Origin: an uncultured Clostridia bacterium
GTDB taxonomy: Bacteria > Bacillota > Clostridia > TANB77 > CAG-508
Assembly: GCA_963559065.1 (NCBI GenBank)
Contig: CAUWIY010000010.1
Span: 5,527-69,526 of the forward strand
Reading direction: 5' to 3'
DNA: 64,000 nt
A program made the position numbers and the translations under genes. Positions 1-8,912 of the stretch are shown piece by piece. Position 1 is the first letter of the stretch. Each line of letters starts with the position of its first letter. The notes below the pieces were generated by a model. That model saw only the letters and a list, made by a program, of their open reading frames with translations, searched no databases and was not told where the DNA came from.

Positions 1-365
1 AGAAATTCTTCTGAACAAGTAGAAAATACAGGATAAGATATATTGATTTTTGGTATATTAATGATACCGATTATTGAGGAATCTTTAGAACTTTTTGTAC
101 CTGAAATATTATTGCTATTAGATAAATCTACATATAATGAATCTATTTGATTAGAATATAATCTTGTTATATCATAATTTTCTAAAAGTTTTTTTGAAAA
201 ATTTGCTTCTTTCGCTAATTTAATTTTTGAGATTCCAGTGTAAATAAATAAAGAAACAATTAAAATTATGCAAGCAAAACATTGTATTTTTAAAAAATAA
301 TGTAGTTTAGTACGACTTTTGTTATTTTTAAAATTTTTTAAATTAGTCTGTAGAATTTGATTCAT
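1..365 (-). CDS. Sortase-like protein, N-terminal part (gene runs off window start)
   Basis: Absent from the ORF track because it is partial. Reverse-strand ATG (complement of 363-365) is preceded by AAGGAG. Translation MNQILQTNLKNFKNNKSRTKLHYFLKIQCFACIILIVSLFIY...IGIINIPKINISYPVFSTCSEEF has a TM anchor followed by the IPKI..PV/I strand typical of sortases. Confidence 0.5.
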   Translation of the reverse strand, partial: MNQILQTNLKNFKNNKSRTKLHYFLKIQCFACIILIVSLFIYTGISKIKLAKEANFSKKLLENYDITRLYSNQIDSLYVDLSNSNNISGTKSSKDSSIIGIINIPKINISYPVFSTCSEEF

Positions 366-513
366 AATATTAAAAGCTCCTTAAAATTAATTTTATAATA
401 GTATATGTAGAAACAGATATAAAATGTAAAAGAATTCTGTCATTATTCTTGACAATAAATGTAATATTTGGTAGATTTTTATATATAAAATAAAATTAAA
501 GGGGGAAATTTAA

Positions 514-1128
514 ATGAAAAAATTTTTAAAAATCGCATTAATAATTTTACTAGTTGCAATAATTGTAGTAGGAGCATATTTTATAATTGTAAAAAACACA
601 GAAAAGAAAGCATTAGACATAATAGATAAAATGTTTACAGCACTTAAAACTGGAGACGAAAGTCAAATAAAAGAATATGTTAATCTAGGAGAAGATGAAG
701 AAAACACTGAAAATGAATCAAGTGAAGAATCAGAGGAAACAGAAAAAATGACAAAAGCAATGCTTAAAAATTTAAATTATGAAGTAGTATCAACAAAAAC
801 AAATATAAATAAATGTGTTGTAAATTTAAAAATAAGCAATAAAGACTTAAAAACTGTTATGGGAAATTACATAAATAAAGCATTCAGTTTAGCTTTTTCA
901 CAAGCATTTGGAGGGATGACAGAAGAAGAATTAAACAATCAATTATATCAATATTTTGAAGAACAATATAATTCAGATTCTGTTGGAACATTAACAAGTG
1001 AGGTAGTAATCACAATGAAAAAAGTAAATGGAAAATGGAATGTAGAATGTGACGAAAAACAATTAATGAATGCAATATTACCAGGATATGATGAAATAAT
1101 GGAAACATTAGAAGGAGTTCAAGAATAA
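514..1128 (+). CDS. Hypothetical membrane-anchored protein (single N-terminal TM, acidic linker)
   Basis: ORF with AAAGGGGG SD 8 nt upstream and an N-terminal hydrophobic helix. No family motif recognised. Confidence 0.6.
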   Translation: MKKFLKIALIILLVAIIVVGAYFIIVKNTEKKALDIIDKMFTALKTGDESQIKEYVNLGEDEENTENESSEESEETEKMTKAMLKNLNYEVVSTKTNINKCVVNLKISNKDLKTVMGNYINKAFSLAFSQAFGGMTEEELNNQLYQYFEEQYNSDSVGTLTSEVVITMKKVNGKWNVECDEKQLMNAILPGYDEIMETLEGVQE

Positions 1129-1184
1129 ATTTTAAGTAAATTTATTTGACTTAGGAGAAAAGTATTCAAAATATGTAAAAACAC

Positions 1185-1212
1185 TTGCAATTCACAAAAA
1201 AAGTGATATAAT
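1185..1212 (+). promoter_or_regulatory. Sigma-A-type promoter for the T-box leader
   Basis: TTGCAA (1185-1190), 16-nt spacer, extended -10 TGaTATAAT (1204-1212). Confidence 0.5.
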
Positions 1213-1214
1213 AG

Positions 1215-1556
1215 AGTTCAAATTAAAAAATAAAAACAAAAGTAAGGACAACACAAATTATAAAATAGCTTAAAGAGAGCCAAAGGAAGCTGGAAATTTG
1301 GTAAGTAAAAATAATTTGTTATCACCTAACTGTTGTCAAACTGAAATACAACAACAAAACACAGAAACATCAAAATAACAAAACATTAAGATAGAGTAAG
1401 TTTGACCGTATATCTGCGTTAAAGAAAATAGAGAGAATAATGAAAAAAGTAGCTAATAAACTGGCTATAAAATAAATAAAACATTATTAAATTAGGTGGT
1501 ACCGCGGAATCAAAAGCTATTTCGTCCTATAAATTAGGACAGAAATAGCTTTTTTG
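1215..1556 (+). promoter_or_regulatory. T-box riboswitch leader (probably Ile-specific, specifier not assignable by eye)
   Basis: AGAGAG (1274-1279). Canonical T-box sequence AAATTAGGTGGTACCGCG (1489-1506) is directly followed by a terminator hairpin plus T-run. AUC-A candidate specifiers lie at 1321-1324 and 1369-1372. ileS lies downstream. Confidence 0.75.
1513..1556 (+). terminator. T-box attenuator terminator
   Basis: aaagctatttcgtcct / aggacagaaatagcttt stem followed by TTTTT. Confidence 0.75.
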
Positions 1557-1566
1557 TCATAGGTGT

Positions 1567-1603
1567 GTCATAGGGGACAGTCAAGATATGTACCATATCT
1601 TGT
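1567..1603. repeat. GGGGACAG-box repeat copy plus adjacent 9-bp-stem hairpin
   Basis: GTCATAGGGGACAGTC (1567-1582), then caagatatg-tac-catatcttg. The core is shared with copies at 2306-2325, 13948-13964, 36661-36676 and 36769-36780. Confidence 0.6.
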
Positions 1604-1819
1604 GTCAAAAAAAGTCGAAAACAGTTGGTTTAAAAATGATTTTAAATAAACTTAAAAAAACTAATTCAAAATTTAAGATTAAAAGTTAAATTACAAAAAT
1701 TGAACTACAAAAATTAAATTGCAAAACTTAAGTTGCAAAAGCTAACTTAGAAGATAAAGATATAAAATTATATCTATAAAAATCAATTTATAAAAAGTAT
1801 GATAAAAGGAGGGTTGAAA

Positions 1820-2074
1820 ATGCAAGAACTTAAAATTAAAGGAATCTATAGACATTTTAAAGGAGACTATTATTTAGTAGAAGATATTGCAAAAGATTCA
1901 GAAACAGAGCAAGAAATGGTGGTATATAGAAGACTCTATGATGATGGAGGACTATGGATAAGACCAAAGGAAATGTTTTTATCAGAAGTAGATCATGAGA
2001 AATATCCTAATGTAAAACAAAAATACAGATTTGAACTTCAAGAGATTAAAAGTGTAGCAAAAAACTTTAAATAA
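1820..2074 (+). CDS. DUF1653 family protein
   Basis: MQELKIKGIYRHFKGDYYLVEDIAKDSETEQEMVVYRRLYDDGGLWIRPKEMF matches the YRHYKG..Y.V...HSET.E..VVY..LY....LW.RP..MF pattern. Start moved to ATG 1820 (AAAGGAGGG SD 8 nt upstream). Confidence 0.75.
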   Translation: MQELKIKGIYRHFKGDYYLVEDIAKDSETEQEMVVYRRLYDDGGLWIRPKEMFLSEVDHEKYPNVKQKYRFELQEIKSVAKNFK

Positions 2075-2155
2075 AATAGAAACTTTAAATAAAATAGAAA
2101 CTTTAAATTAAATAAAAAACTTAAATAAAATAATAACTTTAAATAAAAGTAAAAA
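2063..2155. repeat. AT-rich tandem repeat (about 18-nt unit, 2 perfect + 3 degenerate copies)
   Basis: aactttaaataaaataga at 2063-2080 and 2081-2098, then degenerate copies to about 2155. The first copy overlaps the DUF1653 stop codon. Confidence 0.8.
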
Positions 2156-2262
2156 TCCAGATAAAATAAAAAAATAAAGCAAAAGACTTAAACTTATTTT
2201 TATATAGTAACTAAAAGTAAAAAACTAAAAACAAAAAATAAGTTTAAAATATAAGTAAAACA

Positions 2263-2345
2263 AACAAAAAACGACAAAATAAGTCAAAAAAGATGATACA
2301 AATAAAGACTGTCCCCAATGGGGACCAATGGCTCCCCATTGGGGA
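2263..2345. repeat. GGGGACAG-box repeat module in the ileS 5' region
   Basis: 17-mer AACAAAAAACGACAAAA (2263-2279; identical at 26395-26411). AGACTGTCCCCA (2306-2317; identical at 36769-36780). Two tandem small GC hairpins, gtcccc-aat-ggggac and tcccc-att-gggga, lie just before the ileS SD. Confidence 0.7.
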
Positions 2346-2365
2346 AGGGAAAGGAAGGTATGTTT

Positions 2366-5300
2366 ATGTATAAAAAGGTTGAATTGAAAGATGGCTTTGT
2401 TGGTATGGAAAGAGAAGTTGCAAATGGGTGGAAAGAGAAAAATATTATTAAGAAAAATTTTGATATGAATAAAGGAAAAAGATATTTTACTTTTTATGAT
2501 GGACCACCAACAGCAAATGGAAAGCCACATGTGGGTCATATTGAAACAAGGGTTATGAAAGATATAATTCCGAGATATAAGGTAATGAAAGGGTATCAAG
2601 TAATTCGTAAGGCTGGATGGGATACACATGGACTTCCTGTTGAACTTGAAATTGAAAAGAAATTAGGTATTTCTGGTAAACAACAAATTGAAGAATATGG
2701 TGTAGAAAAATTTGTTAAAGAATGTAAGGAAAGTGTTTTTTCATATGTTCATATGTGGGAAGAAATGACAAATAAAGTTGGATATTGGGTTGATATGGAA
2801 AATCCATATATAACATATCAGAATGATTATATTGAATCTGTTTGGTGGGCTTTAAGTGAATTATGGAAAAAAGGACTTTTGTATGAAGGACATAGAGTTA
2901 TGCCATATTGTCCAAGATGTGGAACAGCTTTATCTTCTCATGAAGTAGCACAAGGATATAAAGATGTTAAAGATTTAACATGTATTGCTAAATTTAGAGT
3001 TGAGCCAGGACAAGAAATATCAAATGAGCCAATAAAAGAAAATACATATATTTTAGCATGGACAACAACTCCATGGACATTACCATCAAACTTAGCATTA
3101 TGTGTTAATAAATCTTATAAATATGCAGAAGTAAAAGCAAATGTGGGAACAGATGATGAACCTGTATATGAAAACTACATTTTAGCAAAAGATTTAATAG
3201 AAGCAGTTTTAAGAGAAACTCCATATGAAATAGTCAAAGAATTTGAAGGAAAAGAAATATTAGGAATAAAATATGAGCAATTGATTCCATTTGCTAAAGT
3301 AGAAGGAAAAGCTTTTGAAGTAATTCATGGAGACTATGTAACATTAACAGACGGAACAGGAATAGTTCATATTGCACCAGCTTATGGAGAAGATGATAGT
3401 TTTGTGGCTAAACAAAATGGAATAACATTTGTAAACTTAGTAGACAAAACAGGAAAATTTGTACCAGAAGTAGAACCATGGGCAGGTAGATTTGTTAGAG
3501 ATTGTAATGAAGATATATGTAGATGGTTAGCTAATGAAAACAAATTATTTAGCAAAGAAAAACACTTACACTCATATCCACATTGTTGGAGATGTGATAC
3601 ACCACTTCTTTATTATCCAAAAGAAAGCTGGTTTGTTGCAATGAGCAAGCTAAGAGACGAACTTGTTGATAACAACAACAAAGTCAGTTGGTATCCAGAC
3701 ACAATTAGAACAGGAAGATTTGGAAAATTCTTAGAAAATGTAATTGACTGGGGAATTTCAAGAGATAGATATTGGGGAACACCACTTCCAATTTGGACAT
3801 GTGAAGATGAAAATTGTGGACATCAAGAATGTATAGGAAGTGTTGCAGAATTAAAAGAAAAAGCAATAGACTGTCCAGAAACAATAGAATTACACAAACC
3901 ATATATAGATAATGTACATTTAAAATGTCCAAAATGTGGTAAAAAAATGACAAGAGCTAAAGAAGTTATAGATTGTTGGTTTGACTCAGGTTCAATGCCA
4001 TTTGCACAATTACACTATCCATTTGAAAATAAAGAACTATTTGACAAAAATTTTCCAGCGCAATTTATATCAGAAGCAATAGACCAAACAAGAGGATGGT
4101 TCTATACATTAACAGCTATAGGAACAGCTTTATTTGGAAGAACACCATTTGAAAATTGTATAGTTTTAGGCCATGTATTAGATGAAAAAGGACAAAAAAT
4201 GTCAAAATCAAAAGGTAATGGTGTAGACCCAATGATGCTATTAGATACAGTAGGAGCTGACGCAACTCGTTGGCACTTCTATACAGTATCAGCACCATGG
4301 CTTCCAACAAGACTAGGTTTAAACAATGTACAAGAGACACAAAGAGGATTTTTAAGTACATTATGGAATGTATATTCATTCTATGTTTTATATGCAGAAA
4401 TAGACCAATTTAATCCACTAAAATACAATGATTTTAAAATTACAAATATAATGGATAAATGGATAATTTCTAAATTAAATACATTAATTAAAGAAATAGA
4501 CGAAAAATTAGAAAAATATGATATAACAAGTGCAGCTCTTCAAATAGAAAGCTTTACAGATGAACTTTCAAACTGGTATGTACGTAGAAACAGAGAAAGA
4601 TTTTGGAGTCAAGAATTAACAGATGACAAAATAGGTGCATATGTAACATTATATGAAGTGCTAGTAAAATTATCAAAAATAGCAGCACCATTTGTACCAT
4701 TTATGACAGATGAAATCTATCAGAATTTAGTTGTAAATTTAGATAAAACAGCACCAGAAAGTGTACATTTATGTACATGGCCAGAATATAATGAAAAAGC
4801 TGTTGATAAACAACTAGAACGAGAAATGGACTTAGCATATACAATAGTAAAATTAGGAAGAAGTGCAAGAAATTCTGTAAATATTAAAAATAGACAGCCA
4901 TTATCAGAAATGTTAATTTCTATAAACACATTACCAGAATATTACTCAGACATAGTAAAAGAAGAATTAAATGTTAAGAATGTGGAATTAGGAGCAGAAA
5001 TGTCTGACTATGTAAACTTTGAAATTAAACCAAATTTACCAGTTTTGGGAAAAGAATATGGAAAATTAATTCCTAGAATAAAAGAAGAAATATCAAAGAA
5101 GAATCAAATGGATTTAGCAAATACAGTAAAAAATGGCGGAGTCGAATATATTGAAATAGACGATACACAAATTGCATTAAATTCAGAAAATCTTTTAATA
5201 ACAATGAATGGAAAAGATGGATTTGCATTTTCTGGCGAAGGCGAAATAGGAGTTGTATTAGATACACATATTACGCCAGAGTTAAAAGAAGAAGGGTATG

Positions 5301-5542
5301 TAAGAGAGATATTATCTAAAGTTCAAAATATGAGAAAAGATAGAGGATTTGAAGTATTAGATAGAATTAATTTGTATGTATCTGGAAATGAAAATTTAGA
5401 GAATGTAATTAGAAAAAATGCAGAACTAATTAAACATGATACTTTAGCATTAGATATAATTTATGGAACAGATAGAAGTGAATATGTTGAAACAAATATA
5501 AATGGAGAAAACTTAAATATCGATGTTGAAGTTATAAAATAA
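2366..5542 (+). CDS. ileS: Isoleucine--tRNA ligase, type 2 (eukaryote-like form)
   Basis: HIGH (PHVGHIE), KMSKS (KMSKSKGN), the HYPFEN motif and about 1058 aa. Start moved to ATG 2366 (AAGGAAGG SD 7 nt upstream). The extra N-terminal residues in the ORF track come from translating the repeat. Confidence 0.95.
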   Translation: MYKKVELKDGFVGMEREVANGWKEKNIIKKNFDMNKGKRYFTFYDGPPTANGKPHVGHIETRVMKDIIPRYKVMKGYQVIRKAGWDTHGLPVELEIEKKLGISGKQQIEEYGVEKFVKECKESVFSYVHMWEEMTNKVGYWVDMENPYITYQNDYIESVWWALSELWKKGLLYEGHRVMPYCPRCGTALSSHEVAQGYKDVKDLTCIAKFRVEPGQEISNEPIKENTYILAWTTTPWTLPSNLALCVNKSYKYAEVKANVGTDDEPVYENYILAKDLIEAVLRETPYEIVKEFEGKEILGIKYEQLIPFAKVEGKAFEVIHGDYVTLTDGTGIVHIAPAYGEDDSFVAKQNGITFVNLVDKTGKFVPEVEPWAGRFVRDCNEDICRWLANENKLFSKEKHLHSYPHCWRCDTPLLYYPKESWFVAMSKLRDELVDNNNKVSWYPDTIRTGRFGKFLENVIDWGISRDRYWGTPLPIWTCEDENCGHQECIGSVAELKEKAIDCPETIELHKPYIDNVHLKCPKCGKKMTRAKEVIDCWFDSGSMPFAQLHYPFENKELFDKNFPAQFISEAIDQTRGWFYTLTAIGTALFGRTPFENCIVLGHVLDEKGQKMSKSKGNGVDPMMLLDTVGADATRWHFYTVSAPWLPTRLGLNNVQETQRGFLSTLWNVYSFYVLYAEIDQFNPLKYNDFKITNIMDKWIISKLNTLIKEIDEKLEKYDITSAALQIESFTDELSNWYVRRNRERFWSQELTDDKIGAYVTLYEVLVKLSKIAAPFVPFMTDEIYQNLVVNLDKTAPESVHLCTWPEYNEKAVDKQLEREMDLAYTIVKLGRSARNSVNIKNRQPLSEMLISINTLPEYYSDIVKEELNVKNVELGAEMSDYVNFEIKPNLPVLGKEYGKLIPRIKEEISKKNQMDLANTVKNGGVEYIEIDDTQIALNSENLLITMNGKDGFAFSGEGEIGVVLDTHITPELKEEGYVREILSKVQNMRKDRGFEVLDRINLYVSGNENLENVIRKNAELIKHDTLALDIIYGTDRSEYVETNINGENLNIDVEVIK

Positions 5543-5556
5543 ACTTTAAAGTATTT

Positions 5557-5589
5557 ATATTATGGGGAATATTAAATTTCCCATAATAT
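5557..5589. terminator. Hairpin between convergent ileS and the HTH gene
   Basis: atattatgggga ... tcccataatat stem (one bulge). No strong T-run. Confidence 0.45.
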
Positions 5590-5633
5590 AAAAAGATTTT
5601 GAGATACTGAAACAACTTATTAATAAGTGTGTT

Positions 5634-5861
5634 TCAAATCTTAAAATCTTTTTTTCTTTTATATGGTTTTGGATCATCAGTTAAATCAAGAATGTAATCA
5701 ACAGAAGTATTATAAAAAATTGCTAACTTTATTAATAAATCTAAAGGTATTTGTCTTTTACTTGTTTCATATTGATGATATGTATTTTGCTCACAATTTA
5801 AAAATTTAGCAATTTGCACTTGGGTTAAATCCGCATCTTCTCTTAAATCTTTTAATCTCAT
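5634..5861 (-). CDS. XRE-family helix-turn-helix transcriptional regulator
   Basis: MRLKDLREDADLTQVQIAKFLNCEQNTYHQYETSKRQIPLDLLIKLAIFYNTSVDYIL is a classic Cro/C1 HTH. Confidence 0.8.
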   Translation of the reverse strand: MRLKDLREDADLTQVQIAKFLNCEQNTYHQYETSKRQIPLDLLIKLAIFYNTSVDYILDLTDDPKPYKRKKDFKI

Positions 5862-6213
5862 TATTAACCAGTCCTTTGATACAAAATTTAAGTATTAGTT
5901 ATACTGAAACCAATAACTTCATATACAATATAAAATACAATTTTTTGTGTTACATATTTTTATCTCAAAACGTGATAGAAATGAAAATAAAAATAAATAG
6001 TGATAGAAATTTATAGTTAAAGAAGATAATAATAGTATATTAAATACTTATATCAAAAGAAAACATAGTATAAGTTCGATAATAGTATTACAAATTATCA
6101 TTTTATGATAAAGTTGATAAAAGGAGATTACGAAAAAAAGGATAATAGCAAAGTGAAAACTAAAATAATGTCAAAAAATACTGGAAAAATAAAAAAGACC
6201 AACAAAAGTTAGT

Positions 6214-6375
6214 CTAATAATTTGCTAAAGTTTTCTCAATAATATGTGATAATTGTAAAACTTCTTTATTCTCTGCATCAATATAAAAGAAAGGACAATT
6301 AGTTTCAACATCTTTATACATATGAACAGAAACTACACCTACTTCTTTTCCTATGATTTTATCTTTAAGCATAAT
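6214..6375 (-). CDS. Small hypothetical protein (53 aa)
   Basis: Internal ATG preceded by AAAGGGGTG SD. The longer ORF-track version has a hydrophobic, SD-less N-terminus that looks spurious. Confidence 0.4.
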   Translation of the reverse strand: MMLKDKIIGKEVGVVSVHMYKDVETNCPFFYIDAENKEVLQLSHIIEKTLANY

Positions 6376-6562
6376 AACACCCCTTTTCTCTTGTTGTTTA
6401 AAAGTGCAACATATAATAGAATAACATAAAACAATTAATAAAGATGTCGAAAGAGGTCGAGTGAAATAAAAATAATTATAAAATGAGTTTTTTCTTTTTG
6501 GAAGTGGTTTCAAAATTTGATTATTGATTTTTTTATAATTCTATATTATAATGTGCCTATAA

Positions 6563-6656
6563 TTTGACAACTTTTTGACAACTCTTTTATTAGAAATAGT
6601 AGACAAAATAGACTAAATAGACAACTTTTAAAAAAGAATAAAAGTTGTCAAAAAGG
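6563..6656. repeat. TTGACAAC / AATAGAC repeat cluster with a 10-bp perfect hairpin upstream of the tRNA
   Basis: tttgacaac x2 (6563-6582) and aatagac x3. gacaactttt (6620-6629) / aaaagttgtc (6640-6649) form an inverted repeat. Shares the TTTTGACAA word with the GGGAC-box repeats. Confidence 0.6.
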
Positions 6657-6683
6657 TACATATATTAACAAAAATCAAAATAT

Positions 6684-6759
6684 GCCAATATAGCTCAGTT
6701 GGTAGAGCAACGGATTCGTAACCCGTAGGCCAGCAGTTCGATTCTGCTTATTGGCTCCA
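6684..6759 (+). tRNA. tRNA-Thr (anticodon CGU), CCA encoded
   Basis: Cloverleaf folded by hand: acceptor GCCAATA/TATTGGC, D arm GCTC..GAGC, anticodon loop TTCGTAA, T arm AGCAG-TTCGATT-CTGCT, 3' TCCA. The anticodon stem has one A-C mismatch. Confidence 0.85.
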
Positions 6760-6768
6760 TTTTATAGC

Positions 6769-6805
6769 AACTTACGAACTATAAAGGGTTTCGTAAGTTT
6801 TTTTC
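6769..6805 (+). terminator. Rho-independent terminator after the tRNA
   Basis: aacttacgaa / ttcgtaagtt stem followed by TTTTT. Confidence 0.75.
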
Positions 6806-6878
6806 ATTTTTAGAAAAGATGAATTGAACTTAATAAAAATATCAAAAATGTTCTCTTTTAGAAAGAAGGACATTTTTT

Positions 6879-7001
6879 ATGTTTGAGTTTGAAATAGTAC
6901 AAGAATTAGTGCCAAATGCTGAAATATTAGAAATTATAAAAGACAATGCTTTTACAATTAAAAATAGCAAAAGCATTGACAATAAAGAACAAATGTTTTA
7001 G
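6879..7001 (+). CDS. Possible 40-aa small ORF (uncertain)
   Basis: AGAAGGA SD 8 nt before the ATG. Translation MFEFEIVQELVPNAEILEIIKDNAFTIKNSKSIDNKEQMF. Its 3' end overlaps the promoter of the next gene. No homology recognised. Confidence 0.2.
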   Translation: MFEFEIVQELVPNAEILEIIKDNAFTIKNSKSIDNKEQMF

Positions 7002-7004
7002 AAT
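6976..7004 (+). promoter_or_regulatory. Promoter of the ORF6N gene
   Basis: TTGACA (6976-6981), 17-nt spacer, TAGAAT (6999-7004). Confidence 0.5.
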
Positions 7005-7032
7005 ATAAAGGGTAAGAAAAGGATGTGAAACT

Positions 7033-7926
7033 ATGGAAGAAAATAAATTAGTAATTCAAAGTGAATTAACTATCGAAGAGATAAAAAACTTAATATATAC
7101 AATAAGAGGTAAACAGGTTATGCTAGATAGTGATGTGGCAAATATATACCATTGTGAGACAAAATATGTAAATCGTGTGGTAAAAAGAAATATAGAACGA
7201 TTTCCAGAAGAATTTTGTTTTCAATTGAATAAAAATGAGTTTGAATCTTTAAGGTGCCAATTTGTCACCTTAAACGAAAATGGAAGAGGACAACATAGAA
7301 AATATTTACCTTATGTATTTACTGAACAAGGTATAGCAATGTTATCAGCTTTGTTAAAAAGTCGTATTGCAGTAAGTGTCAGTGTAAATATTATGAAAGC
7401 ATTTATTGAAATGAGAAAATTTTTAATGATTAATGGACAAGTATTTGAAAGACTAACTAGTGTAGAACATAAATTACTAGAGCATGATAAAAAATTTGAC
7501 GAAGTATTTAATCAGCTTCAGTTAGAAGAAAATATCAAACAGAGAATATTTTTTGATGGTCAAATATATGAGGCATATAGCTTGATTATAGATATCATAA
7601 AAAGAGCAAATAATAAGATTTTGATTATAGATAATTATATTGATGATAGTATTTTGAAAATGTTAGCTAAAAAGAAAAACAATGTGGAAATAGTTATTCT
7701 AACATCAAACAAAAGCAATATTGAAAATTTAGATATTAAAAAATTTAATAAAGAATATCCTATTTTAAAAGTTGCTAAAACTAATAAATTCCATGATAGA
7801 TTTATAGTAATAGATAATAAAGAAATGTATCATTTAGGAGCTTCGATAAAAGATTTGGGCAAAAAATGCTTTGGAATTAATAAGATAGAAGATATGGAAA
7901 TTATAGAAAAAATTATTAACTTATGA
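7033..7926 (+). CDS. ORF6N (KilA-N-related) domain protein with a degenerate HKD/PLD-like C-terminal module
   Basis: N-terminus IRGKQVMLDSDVANIYHCETKYVNRVVKRNIERFPEEFCFQL is the ORF6N signature. A coiled-coil middle follows. C-terminus reads KFHDRFIVIDNKEMYHLGASIKDLGKK. Confidence 0.7.
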   Translation: MEENKLVIQSELTIEEIKNLIYTIRGKQVMLDSDVANIYHCETKYVNRVVKRNIERFPEEFCFQLNKNEFESLRCQFVTLNENGRGQHRKYLPYVFTEQGIAMLSALLKSRIAVSVSVNIMKAFIEMRKFLMINGQVFERLTSVEHKLLEHDKKFDEVFNQLQLEENIKQRIFFDGQIYEAYSLIIDIIKRANNKILIIDNYIDDSILKMLAKKKNNVEIVILTSNKSNIENLDIKKFNKEYPILKVAKTNKFHDRFIVIDNKEMYHLGASIKDLGKKCFGINKIEDMEIIEKIINL

Positions 7927-7934
7927 TACACATA

Positions 7935-7977
7935 AAAAATCCATACTATAAATTTAAAAATATAGTATGGATTTTTT
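7935..7977. terminator. Bidirectional rho-independent terminator
   Basis: aaaaatccatactata / tatagtatggattttt, a 16-bp stem flanked by an A-run and a T-run. Confidence 0.8.
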
Positions 7978-8142
7978 ATTATAACTTTTATTAAATAATG
8001 CTTTTCCAAAAATCTGGGGTACTAAAACTCAAGTCCTTTTCGCTCTCAGTTAGCCAAAATTTATCTTCTTCAGATGTTTTTCCTAAACTATTCAAATAAC
8101 TGATTTGCAATATTCCCATTGCATTACCAAGATTATAAAATA

Positions 8143-8673
8143 ATGGAAAATATAGAACATTCTTATTTCCCAAATGAAAATATAACACCAGCAGATGAAG
8201 TGTTAAACTGGTATAATAAAAACAATTTGACATGTATTGGTTTAAGAAATAGTAATAATGAAATTATAGCTAGTGTGAATATATTACCATTAAATAAAGA
8301 AGTATTTTATGATGTATATGAAGATAAAATAAATGAAGCTGATATAGTATTTAGTCAGATAGAAGAATATGAAAATAATAAATCATACTATATCTATTTA
8401 TCTTCTATATCAATAGATAAAAGATACAGAAACAATTATAGAGTAATAACTATTCTTTTAAAATGGTGTATGAATGTATTAGACTTATTATTTGAAAGAA
8501 ATATAAAAATAGAAAAAGTAATGGCTGATGCTTCTACAATACATGGAGAAAAAATATGTAAAAAATTATTAAAGATGGATTATATAAGAGATACAAAGCA
8601 TAAATCAAAAATATATTGTGCAGATGGACAAACAATTATAAATGTTATAGAAAAATTAAAAGTGTATAAATAA
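8143..8673 (+). CDS. GNAT-fold-like hypothetical protein (acetyl-CoA loop not canonical)
   Basis: Size and the pattern YIYLSSISIDKRYRNNYRVITILLKW...EKVMADASTIHGEKICKKL resemble the GNAT motif A region, but the R/Q-x-x-G-x-G/A loop is missing. No SD before either ATG 8143 or TTG 8119. Confidence 0.45.
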   Translation: MENIEHSYFPNENITPADEVLNWYNKNNLTCIGLRNSNNEIIASVNILPLNKEVFYDVYEDKINEADIVFSQIEEYENNKSYYIYLSSISIDKRYRNNYRVITILLKWCMNVLDLLFERNIKIEKVMADASTIHGEKICKKLLKMDYIRDTKHKSKIYCADGQTIINVIEKLKVYK

Positions 8674-8912
8674 ATTATAATGTGCTTTATAAAATTAAGT
8701 TAGGGTTAATAAATTTTAACATATAACCTAGATTGATTTTTTAAAGCATATTATTTTTTAATTAATATGAAAACTTTTAATAAGTATCGATTTTTAAATG
8801 GTATTTTTAGTCGAAGTATGGAAAAATAATATGTTATGTAGTATAATACTTAAGAAAAATTACTGTATAGTCAAGAAAATGAGAGAGAATTATTTATTAA
8901 GGAGTTGTAAAA

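Noticed and set aside
2063-2155. Possibility that the short tandem repeats are a CRISPR array.
   Set aside because: The units are 14-24 nt, directly adjacent with no unique spacers, degenerate and AT-only. There are no cas genes in the window.
2318-2365. N-terminal extensions in the ORF track, for ileS ([14 protein letters not shown]...) and similarly at 1799, 6513, 25484, 28585, 31298, 40713, 46327, 47290, 51172, 54513 and 63033.
   Set aside because: An internal ATG/TTG with a well-spaced GGAGG-type SD gives the N-terminus expected for each family. Several of the extensions simply translate repeats or promoter DNA.
6153-6212. 19-codon Lys-rich ORF (GTG start) after an AAGGA motif in the 5862-6213 gap.
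   Set aside because: Too short, with a weak start context and an A-rich low-complexity product. Nothing distinguishes it from chance.
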